DNA from: an uncultured Gammaproteobacteria bacterium | Lineage (GTDB): Bacteria; Pseudomonadota; Gammaproteobacteria; UBA9214 | Length of the DNA: 64,000 nucleotides | Direction: 5' to 3' | NCBI GenBank assembly: GCA_963748215.1 | Contig: CAVVHS010000009.1 | Span: 403,919 to 467,918 of the forward strand | Shown here: in pieces, positions 61,836-64,000 of the stretch | Layout: the number at the start of each line of letters is the position of its first letter | Numbering within the stretch: the first letter of the stretch is position 1 | Notes under the pieces: model-generated | Seen by the model: the letters and a program-made list of their open reading frames with translations, nothing else | Databases searched by the model: none | Told to the model about the DNA's origin: nothing | Translations under genes and position numbers: made by a program

Positions 61836-64000
61836 CTAGTGACCAACATGTCCCGAGAAGAATGTCGGGCCGGCACCGAAGGGCGGCTGCACGAAGGTCG
61901 GATCCGGGGTGTTGTCCGGCTGTCCGATCTGCTCTGACTCGGGCTGTGCCGGGTTGCCCACGAGACTGGAGTCCACCGTTTTCACCCGGCCGACGCCGAA
62001 CTGTGCCGCGGTGACTTCCCTGTTAAGCAACCCATCCAGATAACTGCGCAGCGCATGCACCGGGTGCAGGAAGGTGTCCGGTGCAACCTGCTGCACGGTC
62101 GCACCCACGATGACCGGGACAGTCGGGTCGTTGACCGGATCAACCAGGTGGTTGATGATGCTGCTATAGTCATCCGGATCAGCCAGTGCGAAGAACTTGA
62201 AGCCGGACCCGCCACCGGTGCGGCAGACCTCGTCCAGCGGGTTGCCATGGCCATAGCAGGAGGCAAAGCGGTAACGCTTGCCGGGATTCAGCGGTGCGTC
62301 GCCGATCTTGATGTCCACACTGCGGCCGGTCGAACTGCCGAATGGCCGGTTTTTCAGATCAACCGTCTGCTCCACGCTCTCGGACAGTCCCAGATACCAG
62401 CCACCGCGTTGCAGGAAGGGATTGCGGTCGAACACGGCGCCGAGCACGGTCTCGAGACTGCGCTGCACCGATTGGCCGGAGAACTCGGCGTAATTCACCG
62501 CCGGTGCAATCGGGAACCAGGTGTACAGGTCGCGCAGCGTGATATCGCCACCCGGCAGCACCGCGTTACCGAAGCGGAAACCGTTGGCCATCGAGATATC
62601 GACATCGAGGGTCACCGCGTTGGTCACTTGCCAGATGGCATCGGCGATGAAGTTGTTCAGGGTGTCTTCCAGCACATGGTGGCGCAGCAGCAGGGTATCG
62701 GTGGTGCCGACCACGGTATCCAGACCATCAACCAGCTGCAGGCCGCGCACGTCGGTATCACCACAGTTACCGGGGCTGTTCGGCGGGGTACAGAAGCCGC
62801 CGGGCATGAAGGTGTGGCGGATCAGGTCAGGGCCGCTGACAAAAGGCGCCTCGATCCAGGCGACCAGCTCTGCCATGGCCGGATCCTCGGCGACGCTCCC
62901 ATCGACCGGGATGGCCTCCCAGCTGAAATCGATGACCTTGCCGCCGGCTACCTGCACGTCAAGACGACCCACGTACATGTCGCGGTTGGTCTCCACCACG
63001 ATGGCGGCGCCGCGCGCCAGCCGGCTTCGCTCTCTTCCGCTCAGGCGTTCACCCGGTTCGGTCCTGACAACGCCCCGTTTGTCGGCGAGCAGCGCGCCGA
63101 GGGTGATTTCATGGGTATGCGCCGAGTACATCACGTCGATGTCCTCGAAGCTCTGTGCAATCTTGATGTTCTGCGACAGGCCGAGTTCCGACTGCACCAC
63201 AATGAGATCGACGCCGGCCGCCTTGACCTCGTCGAGTGATGCCGGGCAGTTCCTCGACACCCTGGGTGAAACGCAGGCCGATATTGAAGGTATCGGCCTG
63301 CTGCGGCACGATGGCGGCGGTGATGCCGATGACGGCGATCTTCACACCGTTGCGATCGATAATCCGGTAGGGATCCAGCACCCGGTTGAGGTTCGGCACC
63401 GGCGTGTCGTTATATGCATTGATTGCGACCGCCGGGAACTGGGCCTTGATGACGCCGAAACCGGCCGGTGTCGGGTTCGGTGCGGTCGCGGTGTTCTCGG
63501 TACAGGCATAACCGCTGGCTGCATCGGTCAGGCCCGCGATCACGGGGATGTCACCGCAGCCGATATATTTCGACATCACGCGAATGTTCGGCGGTATCGT
63601 CGGAAACGGCGGCCGGCTGGCGAAGCGGTTGCGGAACACGGCGGGACCGTAACCGAAATCCCAGTTTCCCGGGGTGAAGACGTCGATGCCGAAGGCATTC
63701 ATCGCCACCATCATGGCATCACCGACGGTGAACATGGTCTCGGCACTGCCATGGGTCAGGTCACCGGTCGAGAGCAGGATGGCACGGGGGTTGTCCGCGC
63801 GTATACCGTCCACCACGGTCTTGAGCCTGGCGAGTCCGCCCGCGCTGGCGACCTGCCGTTCCGTGCCGTCGTTGTTCTTGAGTACCGCGGCATGCGGCAC
63901 CAGGGTGCCGTGCAGGTCGCCCATCTCGATCAGTGTTACGGTCTTGCCGCCATGGGATTTGCCGGCAAACGCCTGGGGTGCGAACGAACCGATGATCAGC
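61836..64000 (-). CDS. 5'-nucleotidase / SoxB-like metallophosphoesterase, frameshift near 63240; start lies beyond the window
   Basis: GDLHG, GDLTHGS, PGNWDF, SAHTHE, NGFRFG, QRGGW. Confidence 0.82.

Noticed and set aside
61836-64000. Canonical soxB of a Sox operon
   Set aside because: The motifs differ from canonical SoxB and no soxXYZA genes are visible in the window.

Overview
GC-rich chromosomal segment, probably from an environmental gammaproteobacterium (inferred from gene content). It holds about 55 protein-coding genes and no rRNA, intact tRNA, CRISPR array or intact transposase. Housekeeping and transport genes include an RND efflux pair, a Zn alcohol dehydrogenase, hemH, trpB2, a MacAB-type ABC exporter, pgm, fieF and zwf. 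At least seven genes are broken by small indels, most likely long-read consensus errors. Most interesting: (1) a coupled operon of lysine 2,3-aminomutase, two non-canonical ATP-grasp ligases, a GNAT-HDAC fusion and a GNAT (47.2-52.9 kb), suggesting an uncharacterised beta-lysine ligation pathway with reversible acylation; (2) two distant divergent promoters carrying 11-bp-phased TGTACA repeats resembling CarH/LitR operators, upstream of hemH and the DUF393/epimerase/cupredoxin genes; (3) a PRTase-RtcA / HPF-CSD / MJ1316-like RNA-end and ribosome-hibernation cluster without RtcB; (4) a PspA-like + membrane protein + VWA operon divergent from its own two-component system; (5) a PmtA-like/Cfa-like/flavin reductase lipid-methylation cluster; (6) many different small inverted-repeat elements (REP/MITE-like) in intergenic spaces. 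All family assignments come from motif recognition by eye; no searches were run.
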